A stretch of 64,000 bases of DNA from contig CAWBCT010000005.1 of assembly GCA_963787445.1 (NCBI GenBank), positions 160,001 to 224,000 of the forward strand. The letters are read 5' to 3'. How positions within the stretch are numbered: position 1 is the stretch's first letter; every line of letters starts with the position of its first letter. The DNA comes from an uncultured archaeon. GTDB taxonomy: Archaea > Micrarchaeota > Micrarchaeia > Micrarchaeales > CABMGC01. Below are positions 48,703 through 58,003 of this stretch, piece by piece. Under the pieces are notes generated by a model. It was not told where the DNA came from. It saw only the letters and a program-made list of their open reading frames with translations, and did no database searches. Both the position numbers and the translations under genes were made by a program.

Positions 48703-50899
48703 TTGTCTGCGTGACTCCGCCCAAGATAGTTAGGCATCTGGCATCTTTTTTCTTCTCCCCGAGAATTAAGAGACGGTACTTCTTTTCTGGAAGGAGGCCG
48801 TCTATTTTAAGCATCCCATCGCTGCCTGTTTCGCCGGAAAAAACCTCTTCGCCAACGTAGAAAATCCTCGCCTTGCAGCTCTTAAGCGGCTCTTCCCGCT
48901 CATCCACCATTTTTATGAAAGTCGGGGTCTCGGCTTCGTCATTTGAGATGGGCAGTGTCGTATTTCTCGGGAGATTTAGGACTCCGGTCTTGAGAAAGAC
49001 AGGGTTCGCTGGCTGTTTCACGCCTTCTATCGAGATTACGTAGCTTGCGGCACACACACGCTGCTCAAGAGTCTTCAACTTGTCCGCAACCGCTTCCTTC
49101 ATTTCCTCGCTGAACACCAAATCGGCCACCGCTAGCTTAACGGCGTCCGCGCTCTGCCTGAAATAGAGCTTGTTCTGGCAAAGTCTCCTTATGCTAACGT
49201 CTATGTCGGTTACGCTATGGGTTATTATGGAAAGACAAATCCCCTTCTTCCTGAAATCCTGGATTCTCTGCCTTAGATCAAGGCTAGCCGCAGATTCATT
49301 CTCGCTATCGAAAATAAGCTGGGCCTCTTCGACACAGAGCATCATCCGCAATTTGTTATCCCCGCAGGTGTCGAACGAATCAGCGAAGCTATATGCTTGG
49401 TTGAGTATTAACGCGTAGAAGAAGGGCTTCATGGCATTGCTAACCAGCGACAGGTCAAAGACAACGCCCTTCCTTAATAGCTCGCCGAACTCCAGCCCAT
49501 CGGCGTATGCAAACGGACGTTTGAATAGCATCAGCCTCAGGCTTTGGAGGGCCGCCATTATGTTCTCTCCGTGTTTTGTATATTTTATGCCGGTGTTGGT
49601 TCTCTTTGCATGCCGCTCCACTATTGCGTTCTCTATGGCTTCGTACACCAAAAGGGGGTCTGGATTATGGGTCTTAGAATACACGCCTCGGAAAGCTGCA
49701 AGCAGGCATTTTTCCATAGGTCCGCGGTAGGGTCCTGCTGCAGATGCTGATGCCATCAGCATGGCGAGATTCTCGTAGAAGCGCTCTATGTTTATTTCTG
49801 CCGAGCATCTGAAGAAGTTGATCCTTGAACCTTTATCATAAAGCCTTATTATCTTCATACTTAACTTCTCTCCAAAATCGTTCCATTCGTCTGTTGGCGC
49901 AAGCACCATGGATAAAGGCCTGGAAGAGAGTAGGGCTTTTTCCATTATGCCCATCGCCGCGAAGCTCTTGCCAGCACCTGGCAAGCCAGTTATCATCAGG
50001 CCTAAATTTAGGTTCTGCATGGGTATTGCAGCTGGCTTGCTTGTCTCTAGGATCCCTTTATCCATATAAGTTCCAAGTGACAAAGTACCTTCTCCAGTTA
50101 GGAAAGATGTTTCTATTGCGCTTTTTCGTGGTATCGAATCGGAAAAGCTGAGCATCAGTGCTGCTCTCTGCATTGAAAAGGGTGTTGAATTAAACCTAGG
50201 AACAACAGCGTAGATCTTTTCGAGATTACGTTGCCCTAGCTTGAAACTTTCGGATATGAAAAGCTTGGAGCGTATATAATGCAGAATTTCTGGCGAGGGG
50301 CTGGTAACCACAATAATTACGTTGTAGGCAGTTCCATTGTTCATCAAGGAGGAATTAAGCATCTCTAACATTGATGACAAGACCCTGCGCTCATCAGAAT
50401 CGTAGTAAAGGTCGTTTTGCACAGAGCCAGAACCAGGGTTGCCTAGTGGTACGGTAAGCTTTACCTCCTTCCGGCTAAGCTCGTGTTCAATTTTATGTTT
50501 TACAGACAGTACATGATCCTGTGAAGCTGGGGTGAAAGAGATTACGATGTCCGAATCGTTTCCTGCAAATAAAGTGTATAGGTCACTGAAGCATTGTAAA
50601 ACAGTTTCAATTCTGGATTCCTTATAATCCAGATATGGAGATAACACCAGAGCCCCTTCAACGGTTGGTCTTGATTTTGTTTCAGACAACTTTAATCCGG
50701 GAATGGCATTATTCAGCCGATTAGCCTGTTGGGGATTCTCAAGTATCAAAAATGTCTCGGATGACTTAAGACAATGGTGCAAAAGAAATTGCTTTCCGTC
50801 AAGTAGATGAAGGAACTTCTCGTAGTCTACATCCATGGGCAAACTTTCAATTCTAAAGGTGTAGGGATTGCCCAGAGATTCACCAGAGAGAGTAAGCAA
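48662..50899 (-). CDS. HerA/VirB4/VirD4-family ATPase with C-terminal beta-sandwich domain
   Basis: Walker A GLPGAGKS, Walker B LCVEEAQ and FRKKG motif; start may be CTG at 50875. Confidence 0.85.
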   Translation of the reverse strand: MLTLSGESLGNPYTFRIESLPMDVDYEKFLHLLDGKQFLLHHCLKSSETFLILENPQQANRLNNAIPGLKLSETKSRPTVEGALVLSPYLDYKESRIETVLQCFSDLYTLFAGNDSDIVISFTPASQDHVLSVKHKIEHELSRKEVKLTVPLGNPGSGSVQNDLYYDSDERRVLSSMLEMLNSSLMNNGTAYNVIIVVTSPSPEILHYIRSKLFISESFKLGQRNLEKIYAVVPRFNSTPFSMQRAALMLSFSDSIPRKSAIETSFLTGEGTLSLGTYMDKGILETSKPAAIPMQNLNLGLMITGLPGAGKSFAAMGIMEKALLSSRPLSMVLAPTDEWNDFGEKLSMKIIRLYDKGSRINFFRCSAEINIERFYENLAMLMASASAAGPYRGPMEKCLLAAFRGVYSKTHNPDPLLVYEAIENAIVERHAKRTNTGIKYTKHGENIMAALQSLRLMLFKRPFAYADGLEFGELLRKGVVFDLSLVSNAMKPFFYALILNQAYSFADSFDTCGDNKLRMMLCVEEAQLIFDSENESAASLDLRQRIQDFRKKGICLSIITHSVTDIDVSIRRLCQNKLYFRQSADAVKLAVADLVFSEEMKEAVADKLKTLEQRVCAASYVISIEGVKQPANPVFLKTGVLNLPRNTTLPISNDEAETPTFIKMVDEREEPLKSCKARIFYVGEEVFSGETGSDGMLKIDGLLPEKKYRLLILGEKKKDARCLTILGGVTQTIRLEQAVSGKSSA

Positions 50900-51155
50900 T
50901 AATCATCAAGACCAGTAAGCTTGATAGGAGAAGAGAGAAAGCAGGCTAACACGGATAGAACGCACAATCGGCTTGTGCGTAGCAATCGTCACCATAACTA
51001 CGGCTAACGATAGCGAGGCGAGTTGTCGAGATCCACAGTTGTGAGGATAAAAGATACGAGATAACAAACGTGTTAATAAAGATTATATTGAATAAAAGAA
51101 CCAATTTTAGTGTTAGGCTGCTATTGCCACCGTATAGGTTTCTAAATTCTATCAT
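50880..51155 (-). CDS. Small membrane protein, possibly interrupted (TAG at 50946)
   Basis: Hydrophobic N-terminal segment; the same frame resumes hydrophobic (PAFSLLLSSLLVLMIIAYSLW*) after the stop. Confidence 0.45.
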
Positions 51156-51343
51156 AGAAGTTTCACCAAAGTAAAGGAAAGCAACAGAACCGCAATGAAG
51201 CCTCCCATTTTGGATAGAAGCCCATCGTAATGTCTATTACTGCCGGAAATTGAAATGTAGATTGCGATCAGCAATGTGATGAGACTTGCAGCAATTCCGC
51301 TGAAGTAAATTACAAAATAAAGAAATTCGGTTATCAAAAGCAT
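51152..51343 (-). CDS. Small 2-TM membrane protein (CedA2/minor-pilin-like size)
   Basis: 63 aa; two hydrophobic helices; overlaps the next gene by 4 nt. Confidence 0.6.
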   Translation of the reverse strand: MLLITEFLYFVIYFSGIAASLITLLIAIYISISGSNRHYDGLLSKMGGFIAVLLLSFTLVKLL

Positions 51344-51367
51344 ATCAAGACCTATATTAAAATGATA

Positions 51368-51907
51368 TTAGACGTTAGAAAAAAGGGAAGCGTGGCTGAA
51401 AAGCGGCTTCCGAAAAACAACAATTGCGATTTTATCCTTGGAATGTCGGATTTTGGTACTCGTATTATTTTGCTTAGAGTCCCGTACTTTGAGAGGGCAT
51501 TGCGATCCAAGTAATCTAGGACTCCAAAATTGTAAAAGCCAGATTTTTGGGTATCTGTAATTTGGGGTGCCGCGCCAGCCAATAATAAGCATGTCATTTG
51601 AGGTTTTTTCAAAGGTCTTTCGTCTTATGGAATCGGCGCCAGAATAAACATACCCATTCCAGATAATTGTCTTTGGATTTTTTGAGAGGGTTGCTTTATC
51701 TTCTGCGTGGTCAAGCCCAAACTCATCAATTTGTGTGGGCCTGATGGTTTCGGGAAAAACGATAGAGTGAATTTGATGTTCCGTTGTTTCGTCAGTTATT
51801 CGTATCTTATTTGCTTTGCTATGCAGCGAACGCACGAAGCACATGAAGGCTACTCCGCCCAGTATCACTCCAAATTCCCAAACGTAGTAGGAGATTATCT
51901 GGTTCAT
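51368..51907 (-). CDS. Single-TM hypothetical protein
   Basis: N-terminal TM; overlaps the upstream gene by 4 nt. Confidence 0.6.
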   Translation of the reverse strand: MNQIISYYVWEFGVILGGVAFMCFVRSLHSKANKIRITDETTEHQIHSIVFPETIRPTQIDEFGLDHAEDKATLSKNPKTIIWNGYVYSGADSIRRKTFEKTSNDMLIIGWRGTPNYRYPKIWLLQFWSPRLLGSQCPLKVRDSKQNNTSTKIRHSKDKIAIVVFRKPLFSHASLFSNV

Positions 51908-52587
51908 ATGCTCACCAGGCTAAAGAGGTCACCACTGTGCCATATTACATTCATCCCCTGGGTATCACACTTTTCAAGGACCTGCTTGATTACCAATTTT
52001 TCTAATCCTAATTCGGTAGCTACCTGTGTGATGCTTGAACGAGAGGCGTACTTCGTGGCTATCAATGCTGCCGCGAGCCTCTTCACGTTGCCCGAATTTG
52101 CCGAATTGCTAGCCTTGAGTTTCTCAAGTTCGTCTTTCAAAGAGAGTATGCGCCTTGAGAGCACCACCTCTGGCATGCTACCTGGCCTCTCGGGCGCTGC
52201 ATTAATCGGATACTGCTCAAAGTTCTGTCTTGTCAGGGTCTCGATCAAATACGGAAATATGCTCTCAATACGGAATTCGTAGCAGGGCTTTACGAATGAG
52301 GCAAGACTAAGAAGCCTTATCAGGGTTTCTCGCATGAGAAGGAGGGGGGAGGACTCAGAGTAGGTCTCCACGGCGATTCCGACGTTTGAGAACTCTGCCA
52401 TATGAAAATAGTTGTTTGGGGTCTCGCTTTTTATCACGTAACGCAGATCTGTCCCATCGCTAACCTGCTCAAGTGCCGGATAAAGCAGTAGTATCTTTCG
52501 GAGAGCGGCCTTGCTGTTGAGGCGGCCGCTAAGGGGCACCCGCATTGCAAGATAGCTCTTTGGGACCTTTTCACTTCTCATCTTCAA
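51904..52587 (-). CDS. Hypothetical protein with coiled coil and C-terminal wHTH-like domain
   Basis: LSRRILSLKDELEKLK coiled coil; SITQVATELGLEKLVIKQVLEK helix-turn-helix-like segment. Confidence 0.7.
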   Translation of the reverse strand: MKMRSEKVPKSYLAMRVPLSGRLNSKAALRKILLLYPALEQVSDGTDLRYVIKSETPNNYFHMAEFSNVGIAVETYSESSPLLLMRETLIRLLSLASFVKPCYEFRIESIFPYLIETLTRQNFEQYPINAAPERPGSMPEVVLSRRILSLKDELEKLKASNSANSGNVKRLAAALIATKYASRSSITQVATELGLEKLVIKQVLEKCDTQGMNVIWHSGDLFSLVSI

Positions 52588-53689
52588 TCGACCTGTTCAC
52601 AGAAGCTGCAAACGCATCGGCAAGCGACTTTTCCTTCAGGCCAACATGTCTTAAGCTGGAGAGTATCGCAAGCCGGTCTGCCTTCAGTTTTATAAGCTCT
52701 GTTACAAGCATCTCCGCAGAGATTTCGCGCTCGCTGCTGAGCTTGGCCAGCAGTACGGATGGATCGGAGTGCGCAATTTTTCTTATGATTCGCTCCAGTT
52801 TGTTGTATTCTATGTCCACCATGTTTGCACCTTGATTTAAGCGTATGATTGATGGAGGGGTGAATCCTGAAATGTGGGAGATTGCAAATGCCTCTCGAAG
52901 GCCGGCCTTCTTGAGCTGGATGAAAAAACAGGCCCCTATGGGAAGATTTTGGATGAGCGAGATCTGCTCGGTTTCGAGCTGGTAGTTTTTTTCTATCTTT
53001 GCTAGGCTCTCTTTGTTCTGTATTCGGAAGATGAGAATACTTGCAATATTGCCCAGAATGCTTAGCTCTATGTCTTCTATTAGCTGGGATGCTAGAATTA
53101 GCCCGGTATGATATTTCCGACCCTCTCTCACTATTATACTCAACGCGTCGCTTTCCAGCAAAAGCTTCCATGCCTCATCCAACACGATAAAAAGGCGGGA
53201 TTCATCCTTAGTCCCGCGCTGACGCATGTGGAGAGTCAATTCATCTATTAGGCTGGTACCAATCGCTATCTTTTCGTTGTCTTTCATGTTGGCTAAGTTA
53301 AAGTAGATCAATTGCCCTTTGGAAGATTCAAGTAATTTCATCAACTCATTGGTAGCCCCGCAGAGATAGCCAACGAACTCAGCAAATTCGCGGTACTCTC
53401 CGGTGAAATCGATTAGGACAACGCTGTATTCCAATAGCAAGCACATTTTCAGCATTAAATTTTTGGTCAGGTATGTCTTCCCCGAGCCGCTCATTCCAGC
53501 AATGAATATGTGGGGGTTAATTGCTGTAGTTACGTTTAAGAAGAATGGCATCCCCAGCCTTGTGGAACACCCTAAAAATATTCCCTCACCGATGGAAGAG
53601 AGTGTTTTGGCATAATCCGGTTCCGAAAAGCTCGGAAAGACGAGCAACTGTGAAAGTATCTCAGAACCGACTATCAGCTTGCTATCCAT
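52571..53689 (-). CDS. HerA/VirB4 (CedB-like) ATPase
   Basis: NPHIFIAGMSGSGKT, IDFTGEY, IVLDEAW and REGRKY-x-x-GLILASQ motifs. Confidence 0.9.
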   Translation of the reverse strand: MDSKLIVGSEILSQLLVFPSFSEPDYAKTLSSIGEGIFLGCSTRLGMPFFLNVTTAINPHIFIAGMSGSGKTYLTKNLMLKMCLLLEYSVVLIDFTGEYREFAEFVGYLCGATNELMKLLESSKGQLIYFNLANMKDNEKIAIGTSLIDELTLHMRQRGTKDESRLFIVLDEAWKLLLESDALSIIVREGRKYHTGLILASQLIEDIELSILGNIASILIFRIQNKESLAKIEKNYQLETEQISLIQNLPIGACFFIQLKKAGLREAFAISHISGFTPPSIIRLNQGANMVDIEYNKLERIIRKIAHSDPSVLLAKLSSEREISAEMLVTELIKLKADRLAILSSLRHVGLKEKSLADAFAASVNRSIEDEK

Positions 53690-54413
53690 ATATTACACCT
53701 GCACAGGAGAGAAGGACTTCGCCCTTTAGGATTTCATAGTTAAGTTTGGTTGTCGCCGCAAACGCATCGCATATGCGCTCCAATGACTTTGCAGAAATGC
53801 GTGCCGCTTCAGTAGCCGTTGGGGCAGAACCCATGGCCTTCAATATAAGAGAGATCTCAAATGCCTTGCCGCTGGATCGAATGCTCTCCATCTCGGTTTC
53901 GAGAGCCATGGCCTCGCGCCTCAATCCATTTATCTTGTCCTGTTTGTCTGGCCTTACTTTTGTTACTTCTATCTCCTTCATTCGGCGCTTATTGTCAAGG
54001 ATATCAAGCATTCGTTTCTTGTCTGCTCGGGCCATTGTTATAGAGAAGGTGAACGGCTCCTGGATGCTCTCTATAAGTGCTTTTAGAGATGATTGGTCAG
54101 ATTTTGCGGTTCCCTCAAAGGATAGTCTTGCTATCGATATTCCCCTGTAGGTGGAGCCCTCCTTGAGAGTCATCGAGCAGAGGTTCGGGTTGAGACTGTA
54201 TCCATTGTTTTTCTCTATTATTTTGGAGTGCTTTATGAGCAAGTTATTGATCAAATGGCCGGAGTTCATGCAAATGCCTGAAAACAAAAGACAGATGCAG
54301 GAAAATGGAATGACAATATAATTTCCAGTAACTAGGCTTAGGAGCCCAAGCAGCACGGCGCAGCCGTAGAAAAGGAACGAATAAAGCCTATTCACCAACT
54401 CTTTCTCGTCCAT
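53682..54413 (-). CDS. 2-TM plus coiled-coil protein (VirB3/VirB4 N-terminal-like)
   Basis: Two N-terminal TMs and a coiled coil; overlaps the ATPase start. Confidence 0.6.
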   Translation of the reverse strand: MDEKELVNRLYSFLFYGCAVLLGLLSLVTGNYIVIPFSCICLLFSGICMNSGHLINNLLIKHSKIIEKNNGYSLNPNLCSMTLKEGSTYRGISIARLSFEGTAKSDQSSLKALIESIQEPFTFSITMARADKKRMLDILDNKRRMKEIEVTKVRPDKQDKINGLRREAMALETEMESIRSSGKAFEISLILKAMGSAPTATEAARISAKSLERICDAFAATTKLNYEILKGEVLLSCAGVIYG

Positions 54414-54417
54414 TCAA

Positions 54418-55482
54418 TCACAGTATGTCAAATTTTCCGAAGAAAGCCTCCGAACCGAGTAGCTCAGCAAACTCGCGTATGGAGATCCCGGTCATTATCA
54501 AACTGAACACTGGGAGAACGAAGGCATAAACTATGAAATACGCTAGCTGACTTAGGAGCGAGTTGATCAAGGTCGCTATATAGCTTGTAAACCCAGTTAT
54601 GACAGATTCGATTGGCCCAATTAGGCTACCATAGGAGGCGCCTGTGGCGCTGGTCTGATTGGTTCCGGCCGTGCTTAATAGAGTGTCTTTGATGTTGGAT
54701 GCACTTAGCGATACTTGCTGCAGGCTGGTCTGGTTTACTGCAGAACCGTAGCTATTCGCCATAGTTGCATTGAATACGTAGGAGAGAGGCAGGACCACAT
54801 AAAGCCCTATGGCAACGGCCATTAGGAAACCTCCAAGCTTGCGTGTTGGGTAAAAAGTTCTTAGAATTATACCAGTTGGAAGCAATATGGTCAATGCACC
54901 TATTGCGGCAAATTGCAGCACCGCAGCTTGAACTATCGCACTTATTGCTATAGTGCTTAGTATTCGTATGATGTATGATACTTGGCTTATTATTGGGGCA
55001 AAAACATACGAAGGAGAAAAACTTACCAATATCAAATTGATTTTTATTGCAGCTATGAGACCCATTATGCCATTCAGTACCGTAAGTTCAGCCATCGTTT
55101 CGGAGACGCTGGAGAGTACCGAGTAGTGGGACGCGCCCATAAAAGTGTAGGGGGTTGGGCTGACAAGATAATCATAGGATAGGCATATTGCAGTATTGTT
55201 GGACATGAAGGAACTGCAGTTTAAGGATGTAGAGTTGGTCAATGTCAGTTGGTTTATGAGGAGAGTTACAGGCCCGTTGGTATAAAAAAGGGTAAAAATA
55301 GTTCCAATTATGATACCATTGAGTACGCATTCTAAAAGTTCTTTTCTTCCAAAGTCCTTAAGTCGTTTTTCATTGAATGCGTAGCCTAGACCAAATGAGA
55401 TTCCGGCTACTGCAATCATTATGCTTATCACGTATACGGCTACTGTGAATCCGTACTGTCCGATGGCCATAAGTATAACCAA
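54418..55482 (-). CDS. CedA/VirB6-like polytopic membrane protein
   Basis: About 6 TMs; LLPTGIILRTFYPTRKLGGFLMAVAIGLYVVLP resembles the CedA/VirB6 core hairpin. Confidence 0.65.
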   Translation of the reverse strand: MVILMAIGQYGFTVAVYVISIMIAVAGISFGLGYAFNEKRLKDFGRKELLECVLNGIIIGTIFTLFYTNGPVTLLINQLTLTNSTSLNCSSFMSNNTAICLSYDYLVSPTPYTFMGASHYSVLSSVSETMAELTVLNGIMGLIAAIKINLILVSFSPSYVFAPIISQVSYIIRILSTIAISAIVQAAVLQFAAIGALTILLPTGIILRTFYPTRKLGGFLMAVAIGLYVVLPLSYVFNATMANSYGSAVNQTSLQQVSLSASNIKDTLLSTAGTNQTSATGASYGSLIGPIESVITGFTSYIATLINSLLSQLAYFIVYAFVLPVFSLIMTGISIREFAELLGSEAFFGKFDIL

Positions 55483-55491
55483 ACCAATTGT

Positions 55492-55887
55492 TTAGAGCAC
55501 ATTAGCTGTTACATTGGTAAGCAAACCCGTTGATGCCAGCGCTAAGCCTGTAGAAGCAACAGAGAGAACCGCGACAATTATGGCGCCGATGATTATGTCA
55601 ATTGAGGCACTATGGAGTGTTGCTCGTTTCTGACTCGGAAAAAGTTGACCTATGGCATAAAATATTCCAGCTACTACAAAAAGTACGGCGCTTAGAGTTG
55701 GACCAACATGTACCAAGATGCTCTGTATCGAGTTTAGTGTTGATATTATGTCAAACAAATAAGTGCCAGAAGCATTGGTTGCTCGGATCAAACCGATTCC
55801 CAAACCAATCGAGAGAAGGGGTATTTTCACTGCAATGTTTCCGACATTTTGCATCTTAACAGACCATTTATTCATGTATCCCACCAT
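55492..55887 (-). CDS. VirB2/TrbC/CedA1-like pilin
   Basis: Leader peptide, then two hydrophobic helices (AGIFYAIGQ...KR...IIIGAII) separated by a short basic loop. Confidence 0.7.
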   Translation of the reverse strand: MVGYMNKWSVKMQNVGNIAVKIPLLSIGLGIGLIRATNASGTYLFDIISTLNSIQSILVHVGPTLSAVLFVVAGIFYAIGQLFPSQKRATLHSASIDIIIGAIIVAVLSVASTGLALASTGLLTNVTANVL

Positions 55888-56037
55888 ATATTCTAGTAAA
55901 TATTTTATACTTCAATAAATATATAAACTTTGGGGTGTGCCCGTGTTGGAATCGATGAAATATGAAGCAGGTCTAATCCGCTAAATCTCGTTAAGAAAGC
56001 AACGTTTATATTGCTGACAATGCTCATTCATACGTGT

Positions 56038-56110
56038 AGCCCCGTCATCTAGTGGCCAAGGATCGAGGGCTTTGGACCCTTGTACATCGGTTCGAATCCG
56101 GTCGGGGCTA
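56038..56110 (+). tRNA. tRNA-Gln(TTG)
   Basis: AGCCCCG/CGGGGCT acceptor (A1-U72); GAGGG-CTTTGGA-CCCTT anticodon arm. Confidence 0.94.
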
Positions 56111-56264
56111 TACTATTGCATAATGCCTAGCCGGTCTTATCTGACAGAATCTTATTATTCTTTAACTACCATAGTTAAGTGCATGTTATGGCACAGCCAT
56201 CTCATGCCTTGATGAGACGAGGTATTTCTGATCCGTGATGACAACATTCGTCTGAAGTGAGTCT

Positions 56265-56978
56265 ATGACAGAGAAGCTTTACTGGAATGATGCCTATCTA
56301 AAAGAATTTGAGGCCAAATTGACTGAGATTGCCCAAAACACTGTAGTCTTAGATAGATCTGCTTTTTATCCAACTGGTGGCGGTCAGCCGAACGATACGG
56401 GAACCCTGTACATCGGCAATGATGCTTACACGGTCCTCGACGTGAAAAAAGAGGGGGATAAGATTATACATGTTCTAGCCAAGCAGCCGATGTCTAATGC
56501 CGGAGATGGTGTGAAAGGCATAATTGACTGGCAGCGTCGCTATGCACACATGCGCTACCATACCGCTGTTCATGTGATAGACGGCATCATAGAAAAAGAT
56601 TACGGCGGGATGGCAACCGGGGGCCAGATATACGAAACGAGAGCCAGGGTTGACTTTGACCTCCCTAGCCTCAACGCGGATACGGCTCTGGCGATAATAG
56701 CAAAGGCTCAGACAGTTATAAATGAGGGGCATAGGATCAGCGCGCGGGTCATAAAGAGGGAAGAGGCACTGAAAATACCGAACTTGGCCAGGACCGAGCC
56801 AGGCAAGGAGCTCATAAAGTCGCTCCCGGAGGTGCGTGTTTTGGACATTGAGGGCTTTGACGTGCAATCAGATGGGGGGACGCACGTAGCAAACACGAAG
56901 GAAGTAGGCACAATCCAGCTGAAAAAGGTAGAGAGCAAGGGCACACACAGGAAGCGGATGGAGATACTTTTGATCTAG
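56265..56978 (+). CDS. alaXM: Alanyl-tRNA editing protein AlaX-M
   Basis: FYPTGGGQPND, HTAVH and DGGTHV motifs. Confidence 0.92.
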   Translation: MTEKLYWNDAYLKEFEAKLTEIAQNTVVLDRSAFYPTGGGQPNDTGTLYIGNDAYTVLDVKKEGDKIIHVLAKQPMSNAGDGVKGIIDWQRRYAHMRYHTAVHVIDGIIEKDYGGMATGGQIYETRARVDFDLPSLNADTALAIIAKAQTVINEGHRISARVIKREEALKIPNLARTEPGKELIKSLPEVRVLDIEGFDVQSDGGTHVANTKEVGTIQLKKVESKGTHRKRMEILLI

Positions 56979-56992
56979 TTATTGGGGATCCT

Positions 56993-57535
56993 ATGAAAGA
57001 GATTGAAACAAAGATACTTGAATTTGACGAGGCTAAGCTTAGGCAAAGCCTAAAGAAAGCAGGCGCAGAGTACCGGGGCAAGACGCTTATGAAGAGAGTG
57101 GTTTTTGATGCAAGACCAGAAACCACGGACGAAGACGAGATAATCAGAGTGAGAACGGACGGCAGGAAGAGCACACTGACGTGGAAGTATCGCGACAACA
57201 GGAAGAAAAGGCTGGACAATACAGACGAGATAGAGGTGGAGGTCGGCGACTTTGACAGGGCCGTTGAGATAATATCAAAGCTCTGGAAAGGGGTTAAACC
57301 CTATCATCAAGAAACAAGGGCAGAGGATTGGAAGTACAAAGACGTTGAGGTATCGATACGGGCGTGGCCACTGATCCCCGCGTTCCTTGAGATTGAAGGA
57401 CCTAGTGTGAAGTCTGTCAGAGATGCGGTGAAAGAGCTAGGGATAGTCGGGGAGGACGTAGGGCATAGCAGCCTTGCCATGATATTTAAGAGGTATGGAC
57501 AGAACGGTAAAGACGCTGGTGATCTGAGATTTTAG
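56993..57535 (+). CDS. CYTH domain protein (class IV adenylate cyclase-like)
   Basis: EIETK, IRVR, LTWK and FLEIEG motifs. Confidence 0.88.
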   Translation: MKEIETKILEFDEAKLRQSLKKAGAEYRGKTLMKRVVFDARPETTDEDEIIRVRTDGRKSTLTWKYRDNRKKRLDNTDEIEVEVGDFDRAVEIISKLWKGVKPYHQETRAEDWKYKDVEVSIRAWPLIPAFLEIEGPSVKSVRDAVKELGIVGEDVGHSSLAMIFKRYGQNGKDAGDLRF

Positions 57536-57540
57536 TTTGT

Positions 57541-57945
57541 TTAAAGCTCCTTTGTCTCCCGGTCTACTGGTTTCTTATCATACGCAAACGCAGCTTTCTT
57601 TGCCGCCCTAAGGCACAGGGTTGCGCAGTGCATGCGGACAGGGCCCGGGTCTATGCTTATTATCTTCAACAGGTCTTCCCGGGTCATCTTCTCAAGGAGG
57701 TCTAGACTCTTTCCCTTTAGCTCGTTAAGGACGAGCTCGGCAGAGCCCATCGAGATGACGCAACCCAGGCCGTCGAACTTTATCGACTCAATCTTCCTCC
57801 CGTTCAGCTTGATGTAGACATCCATCTTGTCGCCGCAGGAGATGTTCTCCTCGTGCATGTGTGCATCGGCCTTCTCGATCACGCCCTTATGCTCCGGGTG
57901 TTCGTAGGCCGTGATCAGCATCTCTGCGTACATGTCGAGTTCCAT
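57541..57945 (-). CDS. IscU/SufU Fe-S scaffold protein
   Basis: NISCGD, GCVIS and RMHCA motifs. Confidence 0.92.
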   Translation of the reverse strand: MELDMYAEMLITAYEHPEHKGVIEKADAHMHEENISCGDKMDVYIKLNGRKIESIKFDGLGCVISMGSAELVLNELKGKSLDLLEKMTREDLLKIISIDPGPVRMHCATLCLRAAKKAAFAYDKKPVDRETKEL

Positions 57946-58003
57946 AGACTCACTGGACCTTGATACATGGATTTATAGGTGAATCGGTATTAAAGATTTT
58001 CGT

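Noticed and set aside
48662-53689. HerA-NurA repair operon or HerA-based defence system
   Set aside because: No NurA, Mre11, Rad50, SIR2 or nuclease partner was recognised; the neighbours are pilin and membrane genes
55888-56110. tRNA-Gln as integration site of the ATPase/pilin island
   Set aside because: The island lies 5' of the tRNA and diverges from it; no duplicated tRNA 3' end or integrase was seen
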